DNA of 64,000 nucleotides from Pseudomonadota bacterium (GTDB taxonomy: Bacteria; Pseudomonadota; Alphaproteobacteria; Rickettsiales; UBA8987). Within the stretch, counting starts at the first letter, position 1. Each line of letters begins with the position of its first letter. Under the pieces are notes generated by a model that was not told the origin of the DNA, searched no databases, and saw only the letters and a list, made by a program, of their open reading frames with translations. Both the position numbers and the translations under genes were made by a program. The stretch is taken from contig JBEHXK010000002.1 of assembly GCA_048498735.1 (NCBI GenBank), forward strand, positions 28,057 to 92,056, written 5' to 3'. Below are positions 19,113-26,787 of the stretch, piece by piece.

Positions 19113-19375
19113 TATTTTATTATGTCCTTTTCAATTACTTCAATATTATTTTCTGAGATCGCTAGCAGAACTTCTCTATCATCAACGCCGATCAGAACCA
19201 CTTTCTTTTTTGCATCAATAGGCAGCACTTCCTTAATGCTCAGGCGGCGAGCGGTCTTGGTCTTGATTGCCAGATTCGGGTTGCCATATTTTTTGAATGC
19301 AAGTGCTACCAGCCCGATCAGGCAGAGCACAAAAATCAGCGAAAGAACCGAACTTAATATAGTATGAGCATCCAT
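19112..19375 (-). CDS. fliO: flagellar biosynthesis protein FliO (short form)
   Basis: A single TM helix followed by 'RRLSIKEVLPIDAKKKVVLIGVDDREVLLAISENNIEVI', which is typical of FliO. Overlaps the fliP start by 1 nt. The ORF track extends to a TTG at 19432, which I consider an artefact, so ATG 19375 is preferred. Confidence 0.55.
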   Translation of the reverse strand: MDAHTILSSVLSLIFVLCLIGLVALAFKKYGNPNLAIKTKTARRLSIKEVLPIDAKKKVVLIGVDDREVLLAISENNIEVIEKDIIK

Positions 19376-19432
19376 GAATTTACTTAACAGTTTTTTTGAT
19401 GTAAGTTCTACAACATAAAAAAGAGGTTTCAA

Positions 19433-19711
19433 ATGAGCAATACAAAAAAAATTCTTTTAAGCGTGAGCATAATGGCAGCGGCATCAGCAGCGCTTGCACA
19501 AACCGCGGAAGATAAACAGGATCTGCCGCAGATGAAGAAAGAAAAATGTTTCGGCATTGTTAAGGCGGGCAAGAATGATTGTGCCGCGGCTGATGGTTCC
19601 CACTCATGTGCCGGTCTTGCAAAAAATGATGGCGGCGGGCAGGATTGGGTGTTGCTTCCATCTGGCACATGCACCCGTATTCTCGGCGGTTTGATCGAAC
19701 CTAAGGCTTAA
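19433..19711 (+). CDS. DUF2282 family exported Cys-rich peptide (bufferin BufA1-like precursor)
   Basis: 92 aa with a strong SD (AAGAGG, 6-nt spacing). Sec signal peptide 'ILLSVSIMAAASAALA'. The core 'EKCFGIVKAGKNDCAAADGSHSCAGLAKNDGGGQDWVLLPSGTCTRILGG' has four Cys at the spacing I recall for DUF2282. Confidence 0.7.
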   Translation: MSNTKKILLSVSIMAAASAALAQTAEDKQDLPQMKKEKCFGIVKAGKNDCAAADGSHSCAGLAKNDGGGQDWVLLPSGTCTRILGGLIEPKA

Positions 19712-19983
19712 GTAAGATCCATTGCTTCCTGGGCAGGGATAAAGTTTTTCAGTTTTTTGAAAACTGAATTGCTGTCCATATTTTCCGGCGTTTGCTTCTT
19801 GTTTGAAAGCCAGTCATAAAGATCATTATCATTCTGTGCTAGAATTTCTTCCAGTTCATCAAGTTCAGCTTCAGTCATTTTATCTATATTCTTTTTCGCA
19901 TAGCCGCCGATTATCTGGTCGGTCTCCTTGCAGCCACGATACCAGCTGCGATATAAAAGTTTTTTACGTCTGTCTTCACTCAT
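19708..19983 (-). CDS. sdhE: succinate dehydrogenase flavinylation factor SdhE (SDHAF2/DUF339)
   Basis: 91 aa. 'RSWYRGCKETDQIIGGY...MTEAELDELEEILAQNDNDLYDWL' fits the SdhE pattern (RGxxE...D.DL..W). Confidence 0.75.
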   Translation of the reverse strand: MSEDRRKKLLYRSWYRGCKETDQIIGGYAKKNIDKMTEAELDELEEILAQNDNDLYDWLSNKKQTPENMDSNSVFKKLKNFIPAQEAMDLT

Positions 19984-20528
19984 TAGAATGCCGGGTTGTT
20001 TTTATATTCAGCAAAGCTCTGCATCACCAGGTCTTTATCGGAAACTATCACCACGCCTTTAATTCCCCAATCAAGCGCAAGTTCCTTATCATTATATATA
20101 ATGCCACCTTCACCTTGCCTGTTATATACACCATCAACCTTATAAAGCACATCAGATGCTTCAATGCATGCAAAGCCATGCGCAAAACCGGCAGGTATAA
20201 ATAATGCCAGGCCATTATCAGGTGTTAACTCAACTGCGAAATGCTTACCGAAAGTTTTTGAATTTTTTCTTATATCAACCGCAATATCGATTATTTTTCC
20301 ATGCAGGCACATAACATATTTCGCCTGATCCGGGTTCTTCTGATAATGCAGGCCGCGAACAACATTTGCCTGGGAGTGGGAAAAATTATCCTGCACATAA
20401 TGTGCCGGCAGGCCGATATTCTTGAATTTGCTTTCCGAATAACGCTCGCAGAAAAAGCCGCGATTATCCTTATAAACATCAAGCTGGATGAGTTTTAGTC
20501 CCTCAAGCGGTTCTTTTATTATTTTCAT
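19983..20528 (-). CDS. rfbC: dTDP-4-dehydrorhamnose 3,5-epimerase
   Basis: 181 aa with 'DNRGFFCERY' and 'QDNFSHSQANVVRGLHYQ'. Confidence 0.9.
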   Translation of the reverse strand: MKIIKEPLEGLKLIQLDVYKDNRGFFCERYSESKFKNIGLPAHYVQDNFSHSQANVVRGLHYQKNPDQAKYVMCLHGKIIDIAVDIRKNSKTFGKHFAVELTPDNGLALFIPAGFAHGFACIEASDVLYKVDGVYNRQGEGGIIYNDKELALDWGIKGVVIVSDKDLVMQSFAEYKNNPAF

Positions 20529-20540
20529 ACTAGGCCCTGC

Positions 20541-21530
20541 CTATCTCTTATAGAAATTTATTGTTTCAATAATTCGTTCTTCAAATGGGTGAGACTGTTT
20601 ATAGCCAAGTTTTTTCTGTGCCTTGCTGTCATCAATGGCATATCTTCTGTCGTGGCCCGGTCTATCAGTTACGAACTCGATCAGTTCTTTATACGATTTT
20701 CCATTCTTGCGCGGTTGAATTTTATCAAGCGCTTCGCAGATTATTTTTGCCACCTCGTTATTTGTCTTTTCTGCATTGCCGCCGAAACCATATGATTCGC
20801 CCGGTTCTCCGCGTTCCAGCGCAAGTTTTATTCCAGCGCAATGATCAGCAACATAGATCCAGTCACGCACATTCTTGCCATCGCCATATATAGGTATGGT
20901 TTTTTCCGCGAGTGCATTACTGATAATTTTCGGGATCAGTTTTTCGGTATGCTGGCGCGGGCCATAATTATTCGTGCAGTTAGTGGTGATAACCGGCAAG
21001 CCATAAGTTCGGCGCCATGCGCGCACCAGATGGTCAGCTCCGGCCTTTGATGCTGAATAGGGCGAGCTTGGGTCATAAGGTGTGGTCTCTGAAAACTTTC
21101 CGGTTTCGCCTAAACTGCCAAAAACCTCATCGGTTGAAACCTGTAAATAACGGAAGTCATCTTTTGCTTTGCCGCTTAAACCCTTCCAATATTCCAGTGA
21201 GTTCTGCAGTAAGTTAAACACACCAACGATATTTGTGAAAATGAAATCCGCTGGTTTATCGATAGAATTATCCACATGGCTTTCTGCTGCGAAATTCACC
21301 ACCCAGTCAGGCTTTTCGGTTCTAAAAATTTCGGCTACAAGTTTTGCATCGCCGATATCACCCTTTATGAACCTGTAGTTCTTATGCCCTTCGATTTCTT
21401 TCAGGTTATCTTTATTTGCGGCATAGGTCATTTTATCCAGGTTGATTACCCGATTGCCGGCTTTTATTTCGTTCAGCGCAAAACAGCTTCCAATAAAGCC
21501 ATAACCGCCTGTCATAAATATGGTCTTCAT
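20541..21530 (-). CDS. rfbB: dTDP-glucose 4,6-dehydratase
   Basis: 329 aa with 'TGGYGFIGS', 'STDEVFG' and 'YSASKAGADHLVRAW'. Confidence 0.93.
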   Translation of the reverse strand: MKTIFMTGGYGFIGSCFALNEIKAGNRVINLDKMTYAANKDNLKEIEGHKNYRFIKGDIGDAKLVAEIFRTEKPDWVVNFAAESHVDNSIDKPADFIFTNIVGVFNLLQNSLEYWKGLSGKAKDDFRYLQVSTDEVFGSLGETGKFSETTPYDPSSPYSASKAGADHLVRAWRRTYGLPVITTNCTNNYGPRQHTEKLIPKIISNALAEKTIPIYGDGKNVRDWIYVADHCAGIKLALERGEPGESYGFGGNAEKTNNEVAKIICEALDKIQPRKNGKSYKELIEFVTDRPGHDRRYAIDDSKAQKKLGYKQSHPFEERIIETINFYKR

Positions 21531-21609
21531 GTATTCTCAATATTATTTCGCGGTATAATATTGGTTCGAATCATGTTTACAAGGTGTTTTGTTAGGATAT
21601 TATCCGCCC

Positions 21610-22458
21610 ATGCTTAAAGATGAACTGACTCTCATAATTGTCACCTATAATAGCGGCGAAATGATAAGCAAATGCCTTGATGGCATCTATGGAGATGAGA
21701 GCAATATCATCATTATAGATAATGCCAGCACGGATAATGCTAACTCACTTATCGCGCAGAAATTTCCTAATGTTAGAATAATCAAAAGTGAAAAGAATCT
21801 TGGCTATGGCCGCGCAGCGAATCTGGGCTTAAAAGAAGTTAAAACCCCATATGCTCTTCTTCTCAATCCAGATGTCATCACCAGTATCGGTGCAATAGAA
21901 TCATTGCTGGAACGTGCGAAACAGAATAACAGTGCTGCGATCTATGCTCCGCAGACGCGCCGAAATAAAGATGATCGCAACAAGCCATCGATGGAAAAAG
22001 TTGATTGGGTATCAGGTTCGGTAATGCTTTTTGATATGTCAAAGTTTCCAGCAAAAGAATTCTTTGATGAGAATATTTTCCTTTTCTATGAAGAAACCGA
22101 TCTCTGCCGCCGTGTTATAAGTTCCGGGAAAGATATCATCATCTTCAATGATATATATATGGATCACCTAATGGGTAAATCATCTGGTGATAATTATGCC
22201 ATTAACTACCTTAAATACTGGCATGCCGCATGGAGCCGTTTTTATTTCAATCGTAAACACTTTGGCGCTGCCATATATGCAAAAAAATCGAGCGGATATC
22301 TGCTGAAATATCTCTTCAAGCTTGTGCTAAATATATTTTCGGGTAATAAGAGGAAAGTACTGAAATATAAGGCGTCTCTGGCGGGTTCATTATCATTTCT
22401 CATTGGGCTTGGTGCTTTTGATGAGAATGGCAACCCTAGAGCAAAGCCTAAATCATAA
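21610..22458 (+). CDS. glycosyltransferase family 2 (rhamnosyltransferase-like)
   Basis: 'LTLIIVTYNSGEMI', 'IIIIDNASTDN' and 'FYEETDLCRR' are GT2 motifs. The ORF track starts at TTG 21589; ATG 21610 is preferred. Confidence 0.75.
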   Translation: MLKDELTLIIVTYNSGEMISKCLDGIYGDESNIIIIDNASTDNANSLIAQKFPNVRIIKSEKNLGYGRAANLGLKEVKTPYALLLNPDVITSIGAIESLLERAKQNNSAAIYAPQTRRNKDDRNKPSMEKVDWVSGSVMLFDMSKFPAKEFFDENIFLFYEETDLCRRVISSGKDIIIFNDIYMDHLMGKSSGDNYAINYLKYWHAAWSRFYFNRKHFGAAIYAKKSSGYLLKYLFKLVLNIFSGNKRKVLKYKASLAGSLSFLIGLGAFDENGNPRAKPKS

Positions 22459-22469
22459 AGGGATCGGAT

Positions 22470-23363
22470 ATGAAAGGTATCATACTTGCAGGCGGCAGCG
22501 GAACAAGATTGCAGCCCATGACCAATGCAATCTCCAAGCAGATCCTTCCAGTTTATGATAAGCCGATGATCCATTATCCACTCGCAGTGTTGATGAATTT
22601 CGGCATTAAGGATATTCTCATCATTTCCACCCCACGTGATCTGCCGATAATCAAAAATTTCATGGGTGATGGTAAAAATCTTGGCATAAAACTTTCATAT
22701 AAAGTTCAGGATAAACCAAACGGCATCGCGGAAGCTTTCATCTTGGGTAAAGATTTCATTGGTAAGGATTCTGTATGCCTGATCCTTGGCGATAATATTT
22801 TCTATGGCAGTGAGATCTCGGATCTTTCCTTGAGCAAGCCGGTGAAAGATGCGCTTAAGCTAAAAACCGGTGCAAGCATCATGGCATATCGCGTCAGTGA
22901 TCCTGAGCGTTATGGCGTGGTTGAGCTTGATAAAAAAGGCCAGAAGGCAATTTCGATCGAGGAAAAGCCATTAAAGCCGAGATCAAACTGGGCAGTAACC
23001 GGCCTTTATTTCTATGATAATGAAGTGGTAAAAATTGCCTCGTCACTAAAACCTTCTGCGCGTGGTGAACTTGAGATCACCGATGTCAACAAGGCCTATA
23101 TGAAAAAGGGCAATTTAAATGTTCTGTGCATGGGTCGTGGTTTCGCATGGCTGGATGCCGGCACGCCGGATTCGCTTCTTGCATCGGCGCAATTCGTGCA
23201 GACCATTGAACATCGCCAGGGCATTAAAGTTGCATGCATTGAAGAGATTGCGCTGCGTCGCGGTTTTGTTAATAAAAAAGGTTTTGAGAAATTGATCAGC
23301 GCTTATAGTAAATCATCTGATTATCACCGCTATCTCACAAACGTTTTAGCTGATTACAAATAA
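22470..23363 (+). CDS. rfbA: glucose-1-phosphate thymidylyltransferase
   Basis: 297 aa, 'MKGIILAGGSGTRLQPMTNAISKQILPVYDKPMIHYPL'. Confidence 0.95.
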   Translation: MKGIILAGGSGTRLQPMTNAISKQILPVYDKPMIHYPLAVLMNFGIKDILIISTPRDLPIIKNFMGDGKNLGIKLSYKVQDKPNGIAEAFILGKDFIGKDSVCLILGDNIFYGSEISDLSLSKPVKDALKLKTGASIMAYRVSDPERYGVVELDKKGQKAISIEEKPLKPRSNWAVTGLYFYDNEVVKIASSLKPSARGELEITDVNKAYMKKGNLNVLCMGRGFAWLDAGTPDSLLASAQFVQTIEHRQGIKVACIEEIALRRGFVNKKGFEKLISAYSKSSDYHRYLTNVLADYK

Positions 23364-24250
23364 TGAAGAAGATACTTATAATAGGCAAGGGCGGGCAGGT
23401 TTCCACAAACCTGATAGAATTGCTTAATGCCAGCAAAGATATTGAATATCTTGCCATCGGCCAGGAAGAGCTTGATCTTTCCAAACCTAATTTGGTCTAT
23501 GAAAAACTTTCAGCCCTGCAAATTAAACCAGATGTCATCATCAATGCAGCGGCCTATACAGCAGTTGATCTTGCGGAAGATGAGCGTGAAATATGCAATG
23601 CGGTGAATAACACTTCCGTTGCAGCGATCGCAAAATATGCATCAAAAATTCAGGCTGTGCTGATCCATTATTCCACTGATTATGTATTCGATGGTTCAGG
23701 CAATCAGCCTTTTGCAGAAGATAATCGCGCAAATTTAAACCCTCTTAATTTTTATGGAATCAGCAAACTTGATGGTGAGAATGCGATCATTAAATCCGGT
23801 TGTGAATATCTGGTTCTGCGTACCTCATGGGTATATAATGATCTCGGCAAAAATTTTGTTAAAACCATTTTGAAACTTGCTTCTGAAAAAGATGAGCTCA
23901 AAATCATCGATGATCAGATCGGCTCACCGACCTATGCATATGATCTTGCTCAGGCAACGCTAAAACTCGCAACTGCACCTCAAATAAAAAGCGGCATATA
24001 TCACCTTGTTCCGCCAGAGCAGATTTCATGGCACCAATTTGCGAACATGATTGTCGAGCAGGGTAAAAGATCAGGCTTCCCGGTAAAAGTGCAGAAAGTG
24101 TTGCCTATCGCCACTTCGGAATATCCCACCAAGGCGAAAAGGCCACTAAATTCACGCCTCTCGGTTGCAAAGATCAAGCGTGATTATGGCATCGAATTGC
24201 CGCCTATATCTAATTCATTACAAGATTGTCTTGAAAAACTAAGCCCATAA
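23363..24250 (+). CDS. rfbD: dTDP-4-dehydrorhamnose reductase
   Basis: 295 aa with 'INAAAYTAVD', 'STDYVFDG' and 'LRTSWVY'. Overlaps the rfbA stop by 1 nt. Confidence 0.9.
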   Translation: MKKILIIGKGGQVSTNLIELLNASKDIEYLAIGQEELDLSKPNLVYEKLSALQIKPDVIINAAAYTAVDLAEDEREICNAVNNTSVAAIAKYASKIQAVLIHYSTDYVFDGSGNQPFAEDNRANLNPLNFYGISKLDGENAIIKSGCEYLVLRTSWVYNDLGKNFVKTILKLASEKDELKIIDDQIGSPTYAYDLAQATLKLATAPQIKSGIYHLVPPEQISWHQFANMIVEQGKRSGFPVKVQKVLPIATSEYPTKAKRPLNSRLSVAKIKRDYGIELPPISNSLQDCLEKLSP

Positions 24251-24263
24251 GATATAAATAGCT

Positions 24264-25142
24264 ATGGGTAACAGAGACATAGACAAAATATTGGCTTCCT
24301 ATCCGAAGGAACGTCCGCCGCTTCCAGAATTTCATCTGAAAATCTACGCAGAGGAATACAAAAAAACTCGTGGTGATCGTAAAAATATGCCAACGGTTTC
24401 TAAAATCAGCTCTGGTTTTAACTCATGGATTCATGATAAGGTGGCGCAGACAAATGGTAAAAAAATCTTAGAAATAGGTGCTGGAACTTTAAATCATATT
24501 TCCTTCGAGAAAAATATTAAAGATTATGATATAGTTGAACCTTTCCGCTATTTATTCGCAGATAACCAGAACCTATCTAAAGTCAGAACCGTATATGATG
24601 ATATACGTGATGTTTCCCCGGATAATAAATATGATAAAATATTATCTATTCACGTTCTTGAGCATCTTACAGAACTTCCTTTCGCGGTAGCAAAATCAGG
24701 AACTCTTCTTCAGGAAAACGGTAAGTTTTATGCAGGTATCCCCAGTGAGGGCGGTTTAATGTGGAAGGCGGCCTGGAAATTAACTACAGGTTTGGCATAT
24801 CATATAAGAAACGGCCGAGGTAAAGCGGCAGTAATGAAACATGAACATGTTAACAATGCCTATGAAATAGAAGCTGTTCTTAAACATTTCTTTGATGATG
24901 TAAAAGTGCAGAGATATCCATTCAATACAGTTAATACCAGCATATTCACTTACCTTGAGGCATCAGGCCCAAAAATAGAGTTATGTAAAGAATATTGTGA
25001 TCAATATCTGGCGCGCCAGGAAAGCATACCGCATGAACAGACGCAAGTGACTTGGAATGCCTCAACCCACGCTGATACTGAAATGTCGCTGGCAGCAATA
25101 AAAACAGTAAATAATCCTGAAAAATCTGTCATTTTAGAGTAG
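24264..25142 (+). CDS. class I SAM-dependent methyltransferase (putative)
   Basis: 292 aa. 'KILEIGAGTLNHI' resembles SAM-binding motif I, and 'YDKILSIHVLEHL' resembles motif II/III. Lies 13 nt after rfbD. Confidence 0.6.
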   Translation: MGNRDIDKILASYPKERPPLPEFHLKIYAEEYKKTRGDRKNMPTVSKISSGFNSWIHDKVAQTNGKKILEIGAGTLNHISFEKNIKDYDIVEPFRYLFADNQNLSKVRTVYDDIRDVSPDNKYDKILSIHVLEHLTELPFAVAKSGTLLQENGKFYAGIPSEGGLMWKAAWKLTTGLAYHIRNGRGKAAVMKHEHVNNAYEIEAVLKHFFDDVKVQRYPFNTVNTSIFTYLEASGPKIELCKEYCDQYLARQESIPHEQTQVTWNASTHADTEMSLAAIKTVNNPEKSVILE

Positions 25143-25217
25143 CAAAACTTCATATTGAGAATTATCTTTTATCCTGTATTTTACAACGAAATATAAACTA
25201 ACAAGAGTAGTATATCT

Positions 25218-26537
25218 ATGCCTATTGAAATTACCATGCCAGCACTTTCCCCAACCATGACCGAAGGCAATCTTGCCAAATGGGTTAAAAAAGAGGGTGA
25301 TAAAATTAAAGCCGGGCAGGTGATCGCTGAGATTGAAACTGATAAAGCAACCATGGAAGTTGAGGCCGTTGATGAAGGTACGCTTGGCAAAATAGTTATT
25401 CCTGAAGGCACAAAAGGTGTGGCGGTAAATTCAGTTATCGGCCTGCTTCTTGCAGATGGTGAAGATAAAAAAGCCATCGATTCATATAAAATAAAACAAC
25501 CTGAGGCTCCTAAAGAAACTGCTAACGAAAATAAAGCGTCTGCAGCTTCAAAAGCGCCAAGCGCAGCTCCGGCACCAACTGCGGCGCCGAAAGCAACTCA
25601 GGCTCCGGTTGCGAAAGCAGCACCAGTTGCGGCACCAATTGCAGCTCCGGCAGCGCCTGCAGTTAAACAGGATTTCAGCGGCATAAAAGCAAGCCCGCTT
25701 GCGAAGAAAGTTGCGAACCTTGCAAATGTTCAGCTTTCAATGCTGAAAGGCACTGGCCCTAAAGGCCGCATCGTAAAAGCTGATGTTGAAGAACATATTA
25801 AACGCGGTGGCAGTGCAGGTGGCGGAACCGGCATCATCAATCGTGATCCGGTTGAGTTCGTAACCGTTCCTAACAACAATATTAAACAGATCACGGCGAA
25901 ACGTCTTCTTGAATCCAAGCAGACAATTCCTCACTTCTATTTAAGCATTGATTGCAATGTTGATGATCTTTTAGAAGCCCGCACTCATATTAATGATCTT
26001 GCAAAGGGTGCATATAAAGTTTCTGTTAATGATATGGTCATCAAGGCTGTGGCTTTGGCAATGAAAGCCGTTCCTGCTGCTAATGCCAGCTGGTATGATG
26101 ATGCGATCGTTCGTTATAACAACGTTGATATATCCGTTGCGGTTGCAACTGATAATGGCCTTATCACCCCGATAGTTTTCAACGCTGATCAAAAATCTGT
26201 CGCGCAGATATCTAACGAAATGAAAGATCTTGCGAAGCTTGCACGTGAAAATAAATTGAAGCCGCAACAATTCCAGGGTGGTGGTTTCTCGATCTCTAAT
26301 CTTGGCATGTATGGCGTGAAACAATTCCAGGCTATCATCAATCCGCCGCAAAGCTGCATATTAGCAGTTGGTGCATCTGAGCAGAAAGTTGTTGTTCATA
26401 ACGGCAATATCGAAGTTGCCAACATCATGAACGTCACACTTTCGGTTGATCACCGCTCGGTGGATGGCGCAGTTGGTGCGCAGTTCCTGCAGGAATTCAA
26501 GAAATTCATCGAAAATCCTATCACGCTGTTTATATAA
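25218..26537 (+). CDS. pdhC: pyruvate dehydrogenase complex E2, dihydrolipoamide acetyltransferase
   Basis: 439 aa. Lipoyl domain ('[12 protein letters not shown]'), Ala/Pro linker, peripheral subunit-binding domain ('ASPLAKKVA') and catalytic '[10 protein letters not shown]'. Confidence 0.9.
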   Translation: MPIEITMPALSPTMTEGNLAKWVKKEGDKIKAGQVIAEIETDKATMEVEAVDEGTLGKIVIPEGTKGVAVNSVIGLLLADGEDKKAIDSYKIKQPEAPKETANENKASAASKAPSAAPAPTAAPKATQAPVAKAAPVAAPIAAPAAPAVKQDFSGIKASPLAKKVANLANVQLSMLKGTGPKGRIVKADVEEHIKRGGSAGGGTGIINRDPVEFVTVPNNNIKQITAKRLLESKQTIPHFYLSIDCNVDDLLEARTHINDLAKGAYKVSVNDMVIKAVALAMKAVPAANASWYDDAIVRYNNVDISVAVATDNGLITPIVFNADQKSVAQISNEMKDLAKLARENKLKPQQFQGGGFSISNLGMYGVKQFQAIINPPQSCILAVGASEQKVVVHNGNIEVANIMNVTLSVDHRSVDGAVGAQFLQEFKKFIENPITLFI

Positions 26538-26560
26538 TTATTAATTGAATCGAGGTTGAT

Positions 26561-26758
26561 ATGTTTTCAGTTTACCACTTCCTATTCATCATCATTATCC
26601 TGATAATTCTTTATTATCTTGGTGTATTCGACAAGTTTAAAAACGTTGTTGATATAATCAATATGAGCAGCCATGTTCCTGAGGGTTTGAAAAACTTTCT
26701 TGATATAGATGCGATGCAGATGCAAATGCCATCTTTTTTCCAATTCCTTCTAAAATAA
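26561..26758 (+). CDS. small hypothetical membrane protein
   Basis: 65-aa ORF exactly filling the pdhC-lpd gap, with one N-terminal TM helix ('FLFIIIILIILYYLGVF'). There is no further support. Confidence 0.3.
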   Translation: MFSVYHFLFIIIILIILYYLGVFDKFKNVVDIINMSSHVPEGLKNFLDIDAMQMQMPSFFQFLLK

Positions 26759-26787
26759 ATTTTAGAATTACTTTTTAGGTGAATGAT

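Noticed and set aside
19376-19432. TTG-initiated N-terminal extension of fliO that would abut the DUF2282 gene start with zero spacing
   Set aside because: This is an artefact of extending to the furthest alternative start. The extension covers the SD and promoter space of the divergent gene. ATG 19375 directly precedes the TM helix typical of FliO.
21563-21572. 'GGTTCGAATC', a tRNA T-arm-like motif in the rfbB/GT2 intergenic region
   Set aside because: The spacer is only about 58-79 nt. No acceptor, D-arm or anticodon-arm pairing can be built around the motif, so it is not a tRNA.
25500-25680. Repetitive Ala/Pro-coding stretch
   Set aside because: This is the normal flexible inter-domain linker of the E2 acetyltransferase, not a repeat element or an array.
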